From Bacteroidetes bacterium MED-G13 (GTDB lineage Bacteria > Bacteroidota > Bacteroidia > Flavobacteriales > Flavobacteriaceae), in contig NTKO01000003.1 in assembly GCA_002457735.1 (NCBI GenBank), forward strand, positions 10,248 through 74,247: a stretch of DNA of 64,000 nucleotides, in the 5' to 3' direction. The translations under genes were made by a program, and so were the position numbers. Shown here in pieces: positions 1 to 10,757 of this stretch. The notes below the pieces were generated by a model that was not told where the DNA came from, searched no databases, and was given only the letters and a program-made list of their open reading frames with translations. Positions within the stretch are counted from its first letter, which is position 1. The number at the start of each line of letters is the position of its first letter.

Positions 1-129
1 TGTTCCAGCATGTCCAACTTTTAATTTTTTTAAATTAAATTTTTTTTTAATAAAATTTCTGATTTTGCTAACAACATCAAAAGAAGTCCAGTTAATATCT
101 TTATCGATTAAAATTAATTTTCCTTTCAA
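1..129 (-). CDS. truB: tRNA pseudouridine(55) synthase TruB, 5' part only (gene continues beyond window start)
   Basis: Own reverse-strand translation from TTG at 129..127 gives (M)KGKLILIDKDINWTSFDVVSKIRNFIKKKFNLKKLKVGHAGT. This is a TruB-type N-terminus reaching the start of the GHAGTLDP motif. An in-frame stop lies at 141..139. Absent from the ORF track because it runs off the edge. Confidence 0.75.
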   Translation of the reverse strand, partial: MKGKLILIDKDINWTSFDVVSKIRNFIKKKFNLKKLKVGHAGT

Positions 130-138
130 TTGGATGTT

Positions 139-915
139 TTAAATAAAAAAAATAGCAGTTAGACCTAAAAGAAAACAGTAAAAACTGAAATACATCAAGT
201 TATTATTCTTTACAATATTTAACATCCACTTGCATGCAATAAAACCAGAGATTAGTGAAGAGAAAAAACCAATTAGTAATATTGAAATTTGGATATCATA
301 ATGAAAAAGATCACCTGAAAAAACATCCTTTAAAATTGCTCCAAAGATTACTGGAATTACTATCAAAAAAGAAAATTTTGCACTTTCATTTTTTTCTTTG
401 CCCAAATACAATGAGGTGCAAATAGTTGTTCCGGACCTAGAAATACCAGGCATAATAGCGATAGCTTGAGATATTCCAATTATTAAGGAATCTAAATATG
501 AAAGTTTTGATTTTTTCTTTTTCACAATTTTTGTTAGTAGTAACATTAGGCCAGTAATAATTAGCATTATTCCTACTAGCTTTAAATTCCCAACAAATAA
601 TTTCTCAATATGATTACTAAATACAAATCCAACAAAACCCGCAGGTAAAATTGCAATAAGAATTTTTAGAATATAAATTCTATTTTTACTTTTTTTGATA
701 TTAAATATTAAATCAAAAATATCTTTTCTAAAAACAATCATTGTACTCAATGCGGTTGCAAAATGAAGGATAGAGGTAAACAATAAATTTTCTTTACCCA
801 GCATATTTGCATCTAAAATATTTCTAAATATTTCTAAATGACCGCTAGAAGATACTGGAAGAAATTCGGTCAACCCTTGTATGATTCCTAAAAAAAAGGC
901 GTCACTTTCTGTCAT
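139..915 (-). CDS. uppP: undecaprenyl-diphosphate phosphatase
   Basis: 258 aa polytopic membrane protein with the UppP/BacA signature EFLPVSSSGHL near the N-terminus and PGISRSG further on. Confidence 0.9.
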   Translation of the reverse strand: MTESDAFFLGIIQGLTEFLPVSSSGHLEIFRNILDANMLGKENLLFTSILHFATALSTMIVFRKDIFDLIFNIKKSKNRIYILKILIAILPAGFVGFVFSNHIEKLFVGNLKLVGIMLIITGLMLLLTKIVKKKKSKLSYLDSLIIGISQAIAIMPGISRSGTTICTSLYLGKEKNESAKFSFLIVIPVIFGAILKDVFSGDLFHYDIQISILLIGFFSSLISGFIACKWMLNIVKNNNLMYFSFYCFLLGLTAIFFI

Positions 916-917
916 AT

Positions 918-1157
918 CTATTTTTCAGGAGATTTTAAAATAGCATACACCTGGATAATATAACCACTAACAATTAGCATTGGTGCAAGTCTTATCCTTT
1001 GGAAACTAAAAATTTCATCACTGAAAATATTAGGATCATCACTTCCACCTCCTGACATAAGAAAAAATCCTACAATCATTAAAAAAATTCCAGATAACAT
1101 AATTTTATAATTTATTGATCCAAATAGTAGTTTTTTTTCTTCTTCTTGTTTTTCCAT
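918..1157 (-). CDS. small two-TM membrane protein (DUF3098-like)
   Basis: 79 aa with two hydrophobic helices. It sits between ftsX and uppP, the position this family usually occupies in Bacteroidota. Family assignment is from memory, not searched. Confidence 0.55.
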   Translation of the reverse strand: MEKQEEEKKLLFGSINYKIMLSGIFLMIVGFFLMSGGGSDDPNIFSDEIFSFQRIRLAPMLIVSGYIIQVYAILKSPEK

Positions 1158-1158
1158 G

Positions 1159-2022
1159 TTATATATCTAATTTTTTTGTGTCAATATTGAGAATATTTTG
1201 TGTTGCAAAAAAAGTACTTACTAGACTAATTGTAAAACCCAATATAACAACGCTGCCCAATAGAAAAAAAATAGTTTTTAACTCTACATAATTATAAAAA
1301 TTGATATTAGAATCAAAAAAATCAATTAAAATTAAAATTGAAATAATTGCAATAGTTGAAGAAATCAAACTTAATAATAAATTCGTCTTAATAAATGGAA
1401 CCCTAATGAAGGATCGAGTAGCGCCAACTAATTGCATCGTCTTTATTATATTTCTTTTGGCATAAATTGAAAGCCTAATAGAACTGTTTATAATTAAAAA
1501 AGTAATTAATAATGAAAATATTATTGAGGGAATTATCCAAAAACTTATTTTCTTGATATTGTTATTTATCATATTAATAAAATCCCTGTCATAAACAATC
1601 TCATCGATATATTTCTTTTTCATTATAAATCTAGAAATACTATCTAGCTTCTTACTATTTACGTAATTACTTTTTAAGTTAATGTCAATCGACCCTAGAA
1701 GAGGATTAAATCCAAGAGATTTGATAAATTCTTCCCCGTATTCCTCTTTCATAATAGTTACAGCCTCTTCTTTGGAAATATAATTAGCTTTATCAATAAA
1801 ATTGCTCATTAAAAGTTCATTTTTTAGCTGATTAATTTCAATATTTTTTACATTTTCTTTCAAATAAATAGATACGGTAAAATCTTCTTTAAATTTATTA
1901 ATGATCGAATCAGAACTGACAAGAAATAATCCAAAAAATGAATATAGGAATAAGACTATTGACATTATAATCACTATTGAAAAATAAGATGTTATTAATC
2001 TTTTATTTTTTATGCTAGGCAT
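1159..2022 (-). CDS. ftsX: cell division permease FtsX-like
   Basis: 287 aa with an N-terminal TM, a periplasmic loop and a C-terminal three-TM FtsX permease-like region (MQLVGATRSFIRVPF). Confidence 0.8.
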   Translation of the reverse strand: MPSIKNKRLITSYFSIVIIMSIVLFLYSFFGLFLVSSDSIINKFKEDFTVSIYLKENVKNIEINQLKNELLMSNFIDKANYISKEEAVTIMKEEYGEEFIKSLGFNPLLGSIDINLKSNYVNSKKLDSISRFIMKKKYIDEIVYDRDFINMINNNIKKISFWIIPSIIFSLLITFLIINSSIRLSIYAKRNIIKTMQLVGATRSFIRVPFIKTNLLLSLISSTIAIISILILIDFFDSNINFYNYVELKTIFFLLGSVVILGFTISLVSTFFATQNILNIDTKKLDI

Positions 2023-2102
2023 TGATGACTATTAAATTTTGTACAATAAAAGTAATGAACTAATCATTAACTAAAAAGATTTTCTATTGTAACTATAAAA
2101 TG

Positions 2103-2110
2103 TAAATTTG
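2103..2110 (+). promoter_or_regulatory. Bacteroidota -7 promoter box (TAAATTTG, consensus TAnnTTTG) upstream of leuS
   Basis: Motif read directly from the sequence, 22 nt upstream of the leuS ATG. Confidence 0.4.
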
Positions 2111-2131
2111 TGAATCACCTCAAATTAATTG

Positions 2132-4816
2132 ATGGATTATAATTTTAGGACAATAGAGAAAAAGTGGCAAGACTATTGGAAAGCTAATCAAACTAATTCT
2201 TCCGAAGTTGATCATAGTTTGCCAAAGTATTATGTTTTAGATATGTTCCCTTACCCATCCGGGTCGGGTTTACATGTAGGACATCCTTTAGGTTACATAG
2301 CATCAGATATTATTTCAAGGTATAAAAGATTGAAAGGCTTTAATGTATTACACCCCATGGGATTTGATTCATTTGGTTTGCCCGCCGAGCAGTATGCAAT
2401 TAAGACAGGAAGACATCCAAAAGAAACTACTGAAATAAATATCAAGAGGTTTAAAGATCAATTAGATAATTTAGGATTATCATATGATTGGAGCCGTGAA
2501 ATTAAAACGAGTGATAGTAATTATTATAAATGGACACAATGGATTTTTCTTAAATTATATAATTCTTATTTTGATAAAGAAACAAAAAAAGCAAAAGATG
2601 TTTCTGAGCTAATCATCCCCTCACATATTGATTCTTCAAAAAGAGATAATTATATTGACTCAAAAAGGTTGGCATATATTGACACAATTGATGTCAATTG
2701 GTGTGAGGAGCTTGGAACAGTATTGGCTAATGAGGAGGTAATTGGAGGATTAAGTGAAAGGGGAGGTTTCCCTGTCACAAAAAAACCAATGAGGCAATGG
2801 GTAATGAGAATCACCAAATATGCTGATCGATTACTTGATGACTTAGATGATTTAGATTGGCCAGAGTCTATAAAATCATCTCAAAGAAATTGGATAGGAA
2901 AATCGTATGGTGCTGAAATATCATTTACTGTTAACTCTGAGCTAAGTGTTAATGTTTTTACAACTAGGCCTGACACAATATATGGCGCTACCTACTTAGT
3001 TCTAGCTCCTGAAAATTCAATTGTAGAAAAAATTGTTACAGATGATCAAAAAAATGAAATTGAAAATTATCAAAAAATAGCCAAAAGTAAGAGTGATTTA
3101 GAAAGGCAAGAAAATCAGAAAATTAAAACAGGGGTATTTACAGGTGCATTTGCAATTAATCCGATATCAAATAAAAAAATCCCCATCTGGATTTCCGACT
3201 ATGTACTAAACAGCTATGGTACAGGTGCAATTATGGCAGTCCCAGCTCATGATGAAAGAGATTATGAATTTGCACAACAATTCAATCTTGAAGTTATTAA
3301 AGTGATTGATTCAGAAAGTGACTTTTTTTCAGGCCATGGAAATATTATTAATTCTGAAAGTTTTAATGGAATTCATAGCAAAAAATTCAAAGATGTTGTA
3401 ATTGATTATTTGGAAAAAAATAAACTTGGAGAAAGAAAAATAAATTATAAATTAAGAGATTGGATTTTTACTAGGCAAAGATATTGGGGAGAGCCGATTC
3501 CAATTCTACATAATAAAGATAAATCTATAGCAGTAGATGAACAAGATTTACCTATTCTTCTTCCAGAGGTTGAGTCTTATTTGCCTACAAAAAGTGGAAA
3601 ATCTCCGCTTGCAAGAAATGAAAGCTGGAAGTACATTACAATAAATGGTAAATCATTTGAGCGTGAAACAAATACAATGCCTCAATGGGCTGGTTCATGT
3701 TGGTATTATTTAAGATTTTTAGACCCAAAAAATCAAAGTCAATTTGCTTCTGAAAGTTCTATTAAATATTGGATGCCAGTTGATTTATATATTGGAGGAG
3801 CCGAGCACGCTGTTTTACATTTACTGTATTCTCGTTTTTGGCATAAAGTTCTTTATGATTTAGGCTTGGTCAATACAAAGGAGCCTTTTAAAAAGCTTGT
3901 TAATCAAGGAATGATTTTAGGAAATAGTGCTTTGATTCACAGAAAGATTGATGGTGGCGGCTATGTTTCTAGTGATTTGAAAGATAAATATAAAACTCAA
4001 TCAATTCATATTGAAATTAGTTTCGTTAATGAAAATAATGAATTGAACATGGAACTGCTTAAAAAAAATAATCCTGATTTTAAAGATGCAGATTTTGAAT
4101 ATGATAAAACTTTTTATGTTGATAGAGAAGTTGAAAAAATGTCTAAATCAAAATATAATGTGATTAATCCGGATGACATATGTTATAATTATGGAGCAGA
4201 TACCTTGAGACTGTATGAAATGTTTTTAGGGCCATTAGAACAGTCCAAGCCATGGAGTACTTCTGGAATAATTGGAGTTCATAATTTTCTCAAAAAATTA
4301 TGGAGATTATATTTTCATGAAAATGAAATTATTGTTAATGAATCTGTTCCAAATGACTACAATTTAAAAACACTTAACAGGTGCATAAAAAAAGTAGCTA
4401 ATGATATTGAAAATTTTTCTTTTAATACAGCTGTATCTACATTGATGATTACTGTTAATGAATTGACCCAGCAAAAATGTACTAGTAAAAAGATTCTGGA
4501 ACCTTTAGCAATAGTTATTTCATCATTTGCCCCTCACATTGCTGAGGAGATTTGGCAGCAATTAGGGAATACAGATTCAATAACTAATTCCAATTATCCA
4601 AATTATGATGAAAGATATTTACATGATACTACTAAAATATATCCTGTTTCAATTAACGGAAAACTAAAGTATAAGATTGAGCTTCCGACAAATTTATCTA
4701 AGCAGGAGATTGAGAAAGAAATTTTGGCAGATGAAGTCTTCATAAAAAAATTACATGGACTAAAGCCTAAAAAAGTAATAGTTGTTCCAGGAAAAATCAT
4801 AAATTTTGTTATATGA
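2132..4816 (+). CDS. leuS: leucine--tRNA ligase
   Basis: Class I aaRS motifs HVGHPLGY (HIGH) and KMSKSKYN (KMSKS), of LeuS length. The track starts at TTG 2129; the ATG at 2132 is more likely. Confidence 0.97.
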   Translation: MDYNFRTIEKKWQDYWKANQTNSSEVDHSLPKYYVLDMFPYPSGSGLHVGHPLGYIASDIISRYKRLKGFNVLHPMGFDSFGLPAEQYAIKTGRHPKETTEINIKRFKDQLDNLGLSYDWSREIKTSDSNYYKWTQWIFLKLYNSYFDKETKKAKDVSELIIPSHIDSSKRDNYIDSKRLAYIDTIDVNWCEELGTVLANEEVIGGLSERGGFPVTKKPMRQWVMRITKYADRLLDDLDDLDWPESIKSSQRNWIGKSYGAEISFTVNSELSVNVFTTRPDTIYGATYLVLAPENSIVEKIVTDDQKNEIENYQKIAKSKSDLERQENQKIKTGVFTGAFAINPISNKKIPIWISDYVLNSYGTGAIMAVPAHDERDYEFAQQFNLEVIKVIDSESDFFSGHGNIINSESFNGIHSKKFKDVVIDYLEKNKLGERKINYKLRDWIFTRQRYWGEPIPILHNKDKSIAVDEQDLPILLPEVESYLPTKSGKSPLARNESWKYITINGKSFERETNTMPQWAGSCWYYLRFLDPKNQSQFASESSIKYWMPVDLYIGGAEHAVLHLLYSRFWHKVLYDLGLVNTKEPFKKLVNQGMILGNSALIHRKIDGGGYVSSDLKDKYKTQSIHIEISFVNENNELNMELLKKNNPDFKDADFEYDKTFYVDREVEKMSKSKYNVINPDDICYNYGADTLRLYEMFLGPLEQSKPWSTSGIIGVHNFLKKLWRLYFHENEIIVNESVPNDYNLKTLNRCIKKVANDIENFSFNTAVSTLMITVNELTQQKCTSKKILEPLAIVISSFAPHIAEEIWQQLGNTDSITNSNYPNYDERYLHDTTKIYPVSINGKLKYKIELPTNLSKQEIEKEILADEVFIKKLHGLKPKKVIVVPGKIINFVI

Positions 4817-5127
4817 CCACTATTGCAATAATTATAACATCCGCCATTGTTATTTGTTGTGGATATATTGTTACTGAAAAAAATGCTGATATTCTTTTAG
4901 CTGGTTATAACACAATGAGTAAAAAAGAAAAAGAAACATTTGATTTAAAGGGCTACTTAGGATTTTTTAAAAAATTTATGCTATCGGTTGGGGTATATTC
5001 TTTTTTTATTTATTCATTATTATATTCTTTTTTTAGCCTTGAAGTTGCAGCAATAGGTTATGCAATTTCCATTTCAATTCCATGGCCCTATTTTTTGTAT
5101 TACACCAATAAAAAATTCATCAAATAA
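4813..5127 (+). CDS. small membrane protein (DUF3784-like)
   Basis: 104 aa with three hydrophobic helices and the LLAGYNTMSKKEKETFD motif typical of DUF3784/SdpI-like proteins. Start overlaps the leuS stop (ATGA). Confidence 0.5.
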   Translation: MTTIAIIITSAIVICCGYIVTEKNADILLAGYNTMSKKEKETFDLKGYLGFFKKFMLSVGVYSFFIYSLLYSFFSLEVAAIGYAISISIPWPYFLYYTNKKFIK

Positions 5128-5584
5128 ATATTTGCCTGTTTATTTGTTGCTCAAGAGAAATGTATGTTTCTGTTCTTGCAACCCCATTAATAACTTGTAT
5201 TTTTTTCGTAAGGATTTCCATTAAATCTTGGTTATCCTTGCAAAGGATTTTAGTCAAAATACTCCAATCACCCGTTGTATAATGACATTCAATAACTTCT
5301 TTAATCTTAGATAATTCAGAAACAACAGTTTTATTGTTTGTAGCTCTATCTAAAAAAATTCCAATATATGCCATAGTGTTATAACCTAATATTTTTGGAT
5401 CAATTGAAATGGATGAACCATTGATTAACTCACTCTTTTCTAGTTTTCTTAATCTTTGGTGGATAGCTGCACCAGAAATACCAATTTTTTTTGCAATTTC
5501 AAGAATCGGTCTTCTTGCATTTTCAATTAACATTCTAATTATCTCTTTATCAATACCATCAATTTTAACTTTATTTTTTTCCAT
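5120..5584 (-). CDS. Lrp/AsnC family transcriptional regulator
   Basis: 154 aa with an N-terminal HTH (LDGIDKEIIRMLIENARRPILEIAKKIGISGAAIHQRLRKL) and a C-terminal RAM/AsnC_trans_reg domain. Confidence 0.9.
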   Translation of the reverse strand: MEKNKVKIDGIDKEIIRMLIENARRPILEIAKKIGISGAAIHQRLRKLEKSELINGSSISIDPKILGYNTMAYIGIFLDRATNNKTVVSELSKIKEVIECHYTTGDWSILTKILCKDNQDLMEILTKKIQVINGVARTETYISLEQQINRQIFI

Positions 5585-6912
5585 TAATTAGATTCTTTAA
5601 AATTTATATTCAATCGATTAAGTTTTTCTAATACAGGATCATATATCTCCTTATGAATAGGTCTTGTGATTCCTTTAATTTTTATTTTTTTATTTAAAAT
5701 TAAAATACTTGCAATAGCTAAAGGTAAACCTACTGTCTTAGACATAGCTGTAAATTTTTTATTATCGCCAATGCAAACCATTGTTGAAGTGGTTTTTTTG
5801 ATTTCGTTAGCATGTTTGTATTTAAATTCATGATACATAATTATCATATCTCTGTCATTTTTTTCTAATTTCCATGCATCTCTCAAAATCTCCTCTAATA
5901 TTTCAGCAGGAGTACCATTGTCGGTAATGATTTTCTTTTTATCATCAAAAAGGGAAATAGCTTCTAATTTGTTCATCTCTTCACCAAAACTTTTTATTTT
6001 GAGTTCATTTTGAATCTTTTTTTCAACAGATTTATTGGGATCATACGGTAAAAAACAATTTGTAAATTCCCTAATACTCATATTTTTAGAATTACTAATT
6101 CTATAGCTATCGTCTGTTAGGCCCAGTTTTATCAGCATGTTCCAAGACTTGGAAAATCCAACTTTTCTTATTGTTCCTCTTTTCATTGTCTGAATATCGT
6201 CTAAGTTGTAAAGTTTTCTGTATTTTAATGAATCTCTATTTGGATACACTTCAAACTCACCAATTTCATCAACATTAATATTTTCGGTATTATCAAATAA
6301 CCTGTAATATGGAACATATTTATATTTTCCTTTTTCAATAAATTTTGCAGGTGACCCCTGACCTGCTTTTACAACATTTCTTGGATTCCATGTGAACTTA
6401 TAATTCCATAAATTATTATCACTCATGGGAGCTATAAGTCCACCAGTGAAAGATTTAAAAGAAATTATTTCTTTATTATCTGCTTGAATTCTATCAATAA
6501 TTTTTTTTGCACTCATGTGATCAATTCCAGGGTCAAGACCTATTTCATTTAAAAAAATTAGACCTTTTTTCTTTACTTCAGTATGTAGTAATTTCATATC
6601 CTCACTAACATAAGAGGCAGTCAATAAATTTCTTTTCAGTTCTAAACAAGTTTTTGCAATTGAAATATGCAAATGCACAGGCAATAAGGAAATTACAATA
6701 TCAGAATCCTGTATTAACTTGTTTTTTTGAACCACATCATTAATATCGAATAGAATTGTTTTACATCTTTCATTTTCATTGATTTTTTTTAGGTTTTGAA
6801 GATTTGCATCAGCAATCAAAATGAATAAATTTTCCGCAACTGAATTTTCTACTAAGTATTTAATTAAGAATGGAGAAGATTTACCAGCTCCGACAATTAA
6901 AACTTTACGCAT
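5584..6912 (-). CDS. saccharopine dehydrogenase family protein
   Basis: 442 aa with an N-terminal Rossmann motif VLIVGAGKSS and an internal GLDPGIDHM motif typical of saccharopine dehydrogenase. Its stop overlaps the start of the downstream Lrp gene. Confidence 0.85.
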   Translation of the reverse strand: MRKVLIVGAGKSSPFLIKYLVENSVAENLFILIADANLQNLKKINENERCKTILFDINDVVQKNKLIQDSDIVISLLPVHLHISIAKTCLELKRNLLTASYVSEDMKLLHTEVKKKGLIFLNEIGLDPGIDHMSAKKIIDRIQADNKEIISFKSFTGGLIAPMSDNNLWNYKFTWNPRNVVKAGQGSPAKFIEKGKYKYVPYYRLFDNTENINVDEIGEFEVYPNRDSLKYRKLYNLDDIQTMKRGTIRKVGFSKSWNMLIKLGLTDDSYRISNSKNMSIREFTNCFLPYDPNKSVEKKIQNELKIKSFGEEMNKLEAISLFDDKKKIITDNGTPAEILEEILRDAWKLEKNDRDMIIMYHEFKYKHANEIKKTTSTMVCIGDNKKFTAMSKTVGLPLAIASILILNKKIKIKGITRPIHKEIYDPVLEKLNRLNINFKESN

Positions 6913-7011
6913 TTAAAAGAAATTTATATATAATATTAGTAAATAATTATTACTCTTAATTAAATTAATTAGATTAATTTTAAAGCTTATTCTTAAAGAG
7001 TATTGGAATAA

Positions 7012-8628
7012 ATGAGTGTAAAAAAAAATCATTTAAATGCAATCGAAACTTCATTGATTAATTTTGGAATTAGCTCTAAAAAAATCAACTATAATCTTAC
7101 ATGTGAAGAATTATATTCTATTTGTTTTAAAAACAATTTAGGACGCTTAACAGAAAACAATGTTTTAGCAGTTAATACTGGAAAGTTTACTGGAAGATCA
7201 CCCAAAGATAGGTATATAGTTAAAGATAAAATTACTGAAAATAAGGTCTGGTGGGGAAATATAAATACTCCAATTTCAGAGGAAATTTTTCAAAACATTT
7301 ATAGCAAGTTAGTTACATATATTTCAAATAAAGAAATATATGTAAGAGATTGTCAGGCATGTGCCACTGAAAAAAATATATTGAAAATTAGAACAATTTG
7401 TGAATACCCTTGGAGTGACATTTTTTGCAATAATATGTTTATAAAAAATACTAATGAAAAAAAATCAGATATTGATTGGACAGTAATTTCTGCTCCAGGT
7501 TTTCATGCTGATCCAAAAAAAGATCTCATTTTAAATAAAAATTTCTCAATAATTAATTTTTCAAAAAAAACTATAATCATTGGGGGTACGGGCTATACTG
7601 GCGAAATTAAAAAAGGCATTTTTTCTGTTCTAAATTTTATTTTACCTGTGGAGAAAAATATTTTACCAATGCACTGCAGCGCAAACTTTAGTAATTCATT
7701 TGGAACAACAATATTCTTTGGTCTTTCTGGAACTGGAAAAACGACACTTTCTACTGATTCCAATAAAAAATTAATTGGGGATGATGAGCATGGATGGGAT
7801 AGTGACGACAATATATTCAACTTTGAGGGAGGGTGTTATGCAAAAGTTTTGAACTTATCAAGCCAAAGTGAACCAGAAATTTTTGATGCTATAAAACCAG
7901 GCGCACTTTTAGAAAATGTTTCTTTAAATAGTGATGGTTCAGTGGATTATAAAAGTAAAAAAATTACTCAAAATTCAAGAGTAAGTTACCCGATCAACCA
8001 TATAAAAAATATTATGAAACCATCTGTTGGCAATAACCCTAAAAATATACTCTTTTTAACCGCAGATGCTTTTGGAGTTCTTCCTCCGATTTCTAAGTTA
8101 AATCCAAATCAGGCAGCATACCATTTTATTTCTGGTTATACTTCCAAACTTGCAGGAACAGAGGAAGGTATTGATGAACCTATCCCATCCTTTTCCGCAT
8201 GCTTTGGTGCTCCCTTTATGCCGTTACATCCAACTGTATATGCTGATATGCTGATAGAAAAAATGAATAAGTCAAAAGTAAATGTCTGGTTAGTAAACAC
8301 TGGTTGGACGGGTGGGCCATATGGAATAGGGAAAAGAATGGAATTGAAATATACAAGAGCAATGATTAATGCAGCTCTTAGTGGTGAATTAGATCAAGCT
8401 AATAAAAATAATTATCATATTCATTCGGTTTTTAATTTAATGCAACCACGTTCTTGTCCAAATGTACCTAACAATGTTTTGTCACCAAGAAAAACATGGA
8501 ATAATGATATAAAATATTACAAAAAGGCTTATATGCTTTCCAGGGCTTTTATCAAAAATTTTAAAAATTTCTCAGATTATGCCAGTGAGCAAGTACTTTT
8601 AGGAGGCCCAAGAGAGAGAAAGAAGTAG
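7012..8628 (+). CDS. pckA: phosphoenolpyruvate carboxykinase (ATP)
   Basis: 538 aa with GRSPKDRYIV and kinase-1a GLSGTGKTTLS, and ATP-PEPCK motifs throughout. Confidence 0.95.
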   Translation: MSVKKNHLNAIETSLINFGISSKKINYNLTCEELYSICFKNNLGRLTENNVLAVNTGKFTGRSPKDRYIVKDKITENKVWWGNINTPISEEIFQNIYSKLVTYISNKEIYVRDCQACATEKNILKIRTICEYPWSDIFCNNMFIKNTNEKKSDIDWTVISAPGFHADPKKDLILNKNFSIINFSKKTIIIGGTGYTGEIKKGIFSVLNFILPVEKNILPMHCSANFSNSFGTTIFFGLSGTGKTTLSTDSNKKLIGDDEHGWDSDDNIFNFEGGCYAKVLNLSSQSEPEIFDAIKPGALLENVSLNSDGSVDYKSKKITQNSRVSYPINHIKNIMKPSVGNNPKNILFLTADAFGVLPPISKLNPNQAAYHFISGYTSKLAGTEEGIDEPIPSFSACFGAPFMPLHPTVYADMLIEKMNKSKVNVWLVNTGWTGGPYGIGKRMELKYTRAMINAALSGELDQANKNNYHIHSVFNLMQPRSCPNVPNNVLSPRKTWNNDIKYYKKAYMLSRAFIKNFKNFSDYASEQVLLGGPRERKK

Positions 8629-8629
8629 A

Positions 8630-9385
8630 TTACCTTTTTTTATTTTTATTTACCTTAGCTATATAGCTGTCTAGAGCCATAGACATTGATGGAAACTTTG
8701 GAGAAGGAGCAAAAACATCAACTTTCAAACCATTTTCTTCAACAGCTTTTTTTGTAATTGCTCCAAAAACAGCAATTCTTGTATTATTTTGTTTAAAATC
8801 TGGAAAATTATGAATTAGAGATTCAATTCCAGATGGACTGAAAAAAACGAGAATATCATAAGTAACATTTGCAAATTCTGACAAATCACTTATCACTGTT
8901 TTATAAAATACTGATTGTTTCCAATTAATTTCAAGGGAATTTAACAGATTTGGAACCTCAGGCTTAAGTTTATTTGTTGTAGGAAGAAGAAATGTCTCAG
9001 AATTATGTTTTCCGATAATTGGACAAAGATCAGCAAAAGATCTTTTTCCAACATAAATCTTTCTTTTTCTGTAAACAACATATTTTTGAAGATAAAATGC
9101 AACTGCCTCAGACTGACAAAAATATTTCATAGAATCAGGAACCTTAAATCGCATTTTTTCACAAATTCTAAAATAGTGATCAACTGCATATCTACTGGTT
9201 AAAATTATTGCTGAAAACTTTGTTAAATCAATTTTTTGTAATCTAATTTCTTTTACAGTAGCTCCTTTAACGTGGATAAAAGGAACAAAATCAATTTTAA
9301 CTTTTCTTTTTTTTTGCAAGTCAAAAAAAGGAGAGTTTTCTAGTTTTGGTCTTGGTTGAGATACAAGTATTGTTTTGACTTTCAT
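8630..9385 (-). CDS. hemD: uroporphyrinogen-III synthase
   Basis: 251 aa HEM4-like two-lobe protein (ILVSQPRP... FFSPSGIESL) with the usual flavobacterial DUF4271 neighbour. Confidence 0.7.
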   Translation of the reverse strand: MKVKTILVSQPRPKLENSPFFDLQKKRKVKIDFVPFIHVKGATVKEIRLQKIDLTKFSAIILTSRYAVDHYFRICEKMRFKVPDSMKYFCQSEAVAFYLQKYVVYRKRKIYVGKRSFADLCPIIGKHNSETFLLPTTNKLKPEVPNLLNSLEINWKQSVFYKTVISDLSEFANVTYDILVFFSPSGIESLIHNFPDFKQNNTRIAVFGAITKKAVEENGLKVDVFAPSPKFPSMSMALDSYIAKVNKNKKR

Positions 9386-9996
9386 TAGCTTTGAATTTCA
9401 CCCATTAAGAACTTGTAAAAGAAAAACAATGGTATAATTTCAAGTGTGCAAAGATACAAAATAAAATAGAACAAGTTTTTACTAATAATTTTTTTGTGTT
9501 TTGATAAAATTTTTAAAAAGGAAAATATAATGTAAAATGTTATAAAAATAAGACTCAGAAAAAAAAACACATATTGATAATCTTGAGTATAAGTTACGGA
9601 TACATTAATCAGAAAAATAAATATCAGAAACCCATTTGCTAAAATAATTTTTTGCTTCAAATAGTAGTTAATCAACTTGATAAAATTAAAAGTCCATGCA
9701 ATAAATAATTGGGAAAGTGATTGACCAAAAATGAAAAGCAACAAATACAAAGCAATTATAGCTGTTTCGTTCAAGTTGAAAACCTCTTTTTTAACAACAG
9801 ATATAAAAATGGAGATATTTAGTATAAATAATATGAGGTAGTAAAAATTAAAAAGTGGTAGTTTAATAATATCTGTTTTTATTAAAACTCCATGAATTAT
9901 GCTCTTTTTTTCAAATTTTTTGAGTAGAAAAAAAATTATAAATGAACCAAAAATTAAGAGTGTAATTATATCTTGTGAGTAATTTTCTTCAAACAT
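9385..9996 (-). CDS. multi-pass membrane protein (DUF4271-like)
   Basis: 203 aa with about 6 TM helices. Its stop overlaps the start of the downstream hemD. Family assignment is from memory. Confidence 0.55.
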   Translation of the reverse strand: MFEENYSQDIITLLIFGSFIIFFLLKKFEKKSIIHGVLIKTDIIKLPLFNFYYLILFILNISIFISVVKKEVFNLNETAIIALYLLLFIFGQSLSQLFIAWTFNFIKLINYYLKQKIILANGFLIFIFLINVSVTYTQDYQYVFFFLSLIFITFYIIFSFLKILSKHKKIISKNLFYFILYLCTLEIIPLFFFYKFLMGEIQS

Positions 9997-10044
9997 TTTA
10001 TGTTAGCAATATTTTAATATTTTACTTTTGTTAAAAATAATTAA

Positions 10045-10755
10045 ATGAATGATGTAATTATAATTATTCCAACCTATAATGAGTTTGAAAATATTGAAAA
10101 CATCATTCGAAAAATTTTCTCACTTAATAATCATTATCATCTTTTAGTAATTGATGATAATTCGCCTGATATGACTTCTCATGTTGTTAAAAAATTAATT
10201 CCAGAATTTGAAAATAAACTATTTATCAACATTAGAGAAGCAAAACTTGGATTGGGGTCAGCTTATGTTACTGGCTTTAAGTATGCGTTAAAAAAAGGAT
10301 ACAAATATATCATTACAATGGATGCAGACTTATCTCATAACCCCATTGATATTTCAAGACTTATTCAAAATGCTGATAATTTATGTATTGGGTCTAGATA
10401 TATTTCAGGGATTAATGTAGTTAATTGGCCCCTGGAAAGAATATTCCTTTCCTATATGGCGTCTTTATATGTCAGAATAATATTGGGTATGCCAGTAAAA
10501 GATCCAACATCAGGATTTGTTTGTTATAAGGCTGAAAAATTAAGACAACTTAATCTAGATTCGATTAAATCGAATGGCTATTCTTTTCAGATTGAAATGA
10601 AATTCAAATTCTTTTTGAAGAAATATATTTTAAAAGAAATTCCAATTATTTTTACTGACAGAAAGTTTGGAAAATCTAAATTAAACGGGTCAATAATTGG
10701 TGAGGCTTTTTTTGAGGTTATTATGATGAAAATCAGAAGTTTTTTTAAAAAATAA
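10045..10755 (+). CDS. GT2 polyprenol-phosphate mannosyl/glycosyltransferase
   Basis: 236 aa with IIIPTYNEFENI and VIDDNSPD (DxD region); resembles Dpm1-like polyprenol monophosphomannose synthase. Confidence 0.85.
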   Translation: MNDVIIIIPTYNEFENIENIIRKIFSLNNHYHLLVIDDNSPDMTSHVVKKLIPEFENKLFINIREAKLGLGSAYVTGFKYALKKGYKYIITMDADLSHNPIDISRLIQNADNLCIGSRYISGINVVNWPLERIFLSYMASLYVRIILGMPVKDPTSGFVCYKAEKLRQLNLDSIKSNGYSFQIEMKFKFFLKKYILKEIPIIFTDRKFGKSKLNGSIIGEAFFEVIMMKIRSFFKK

Positions 10756-10757
10756 GA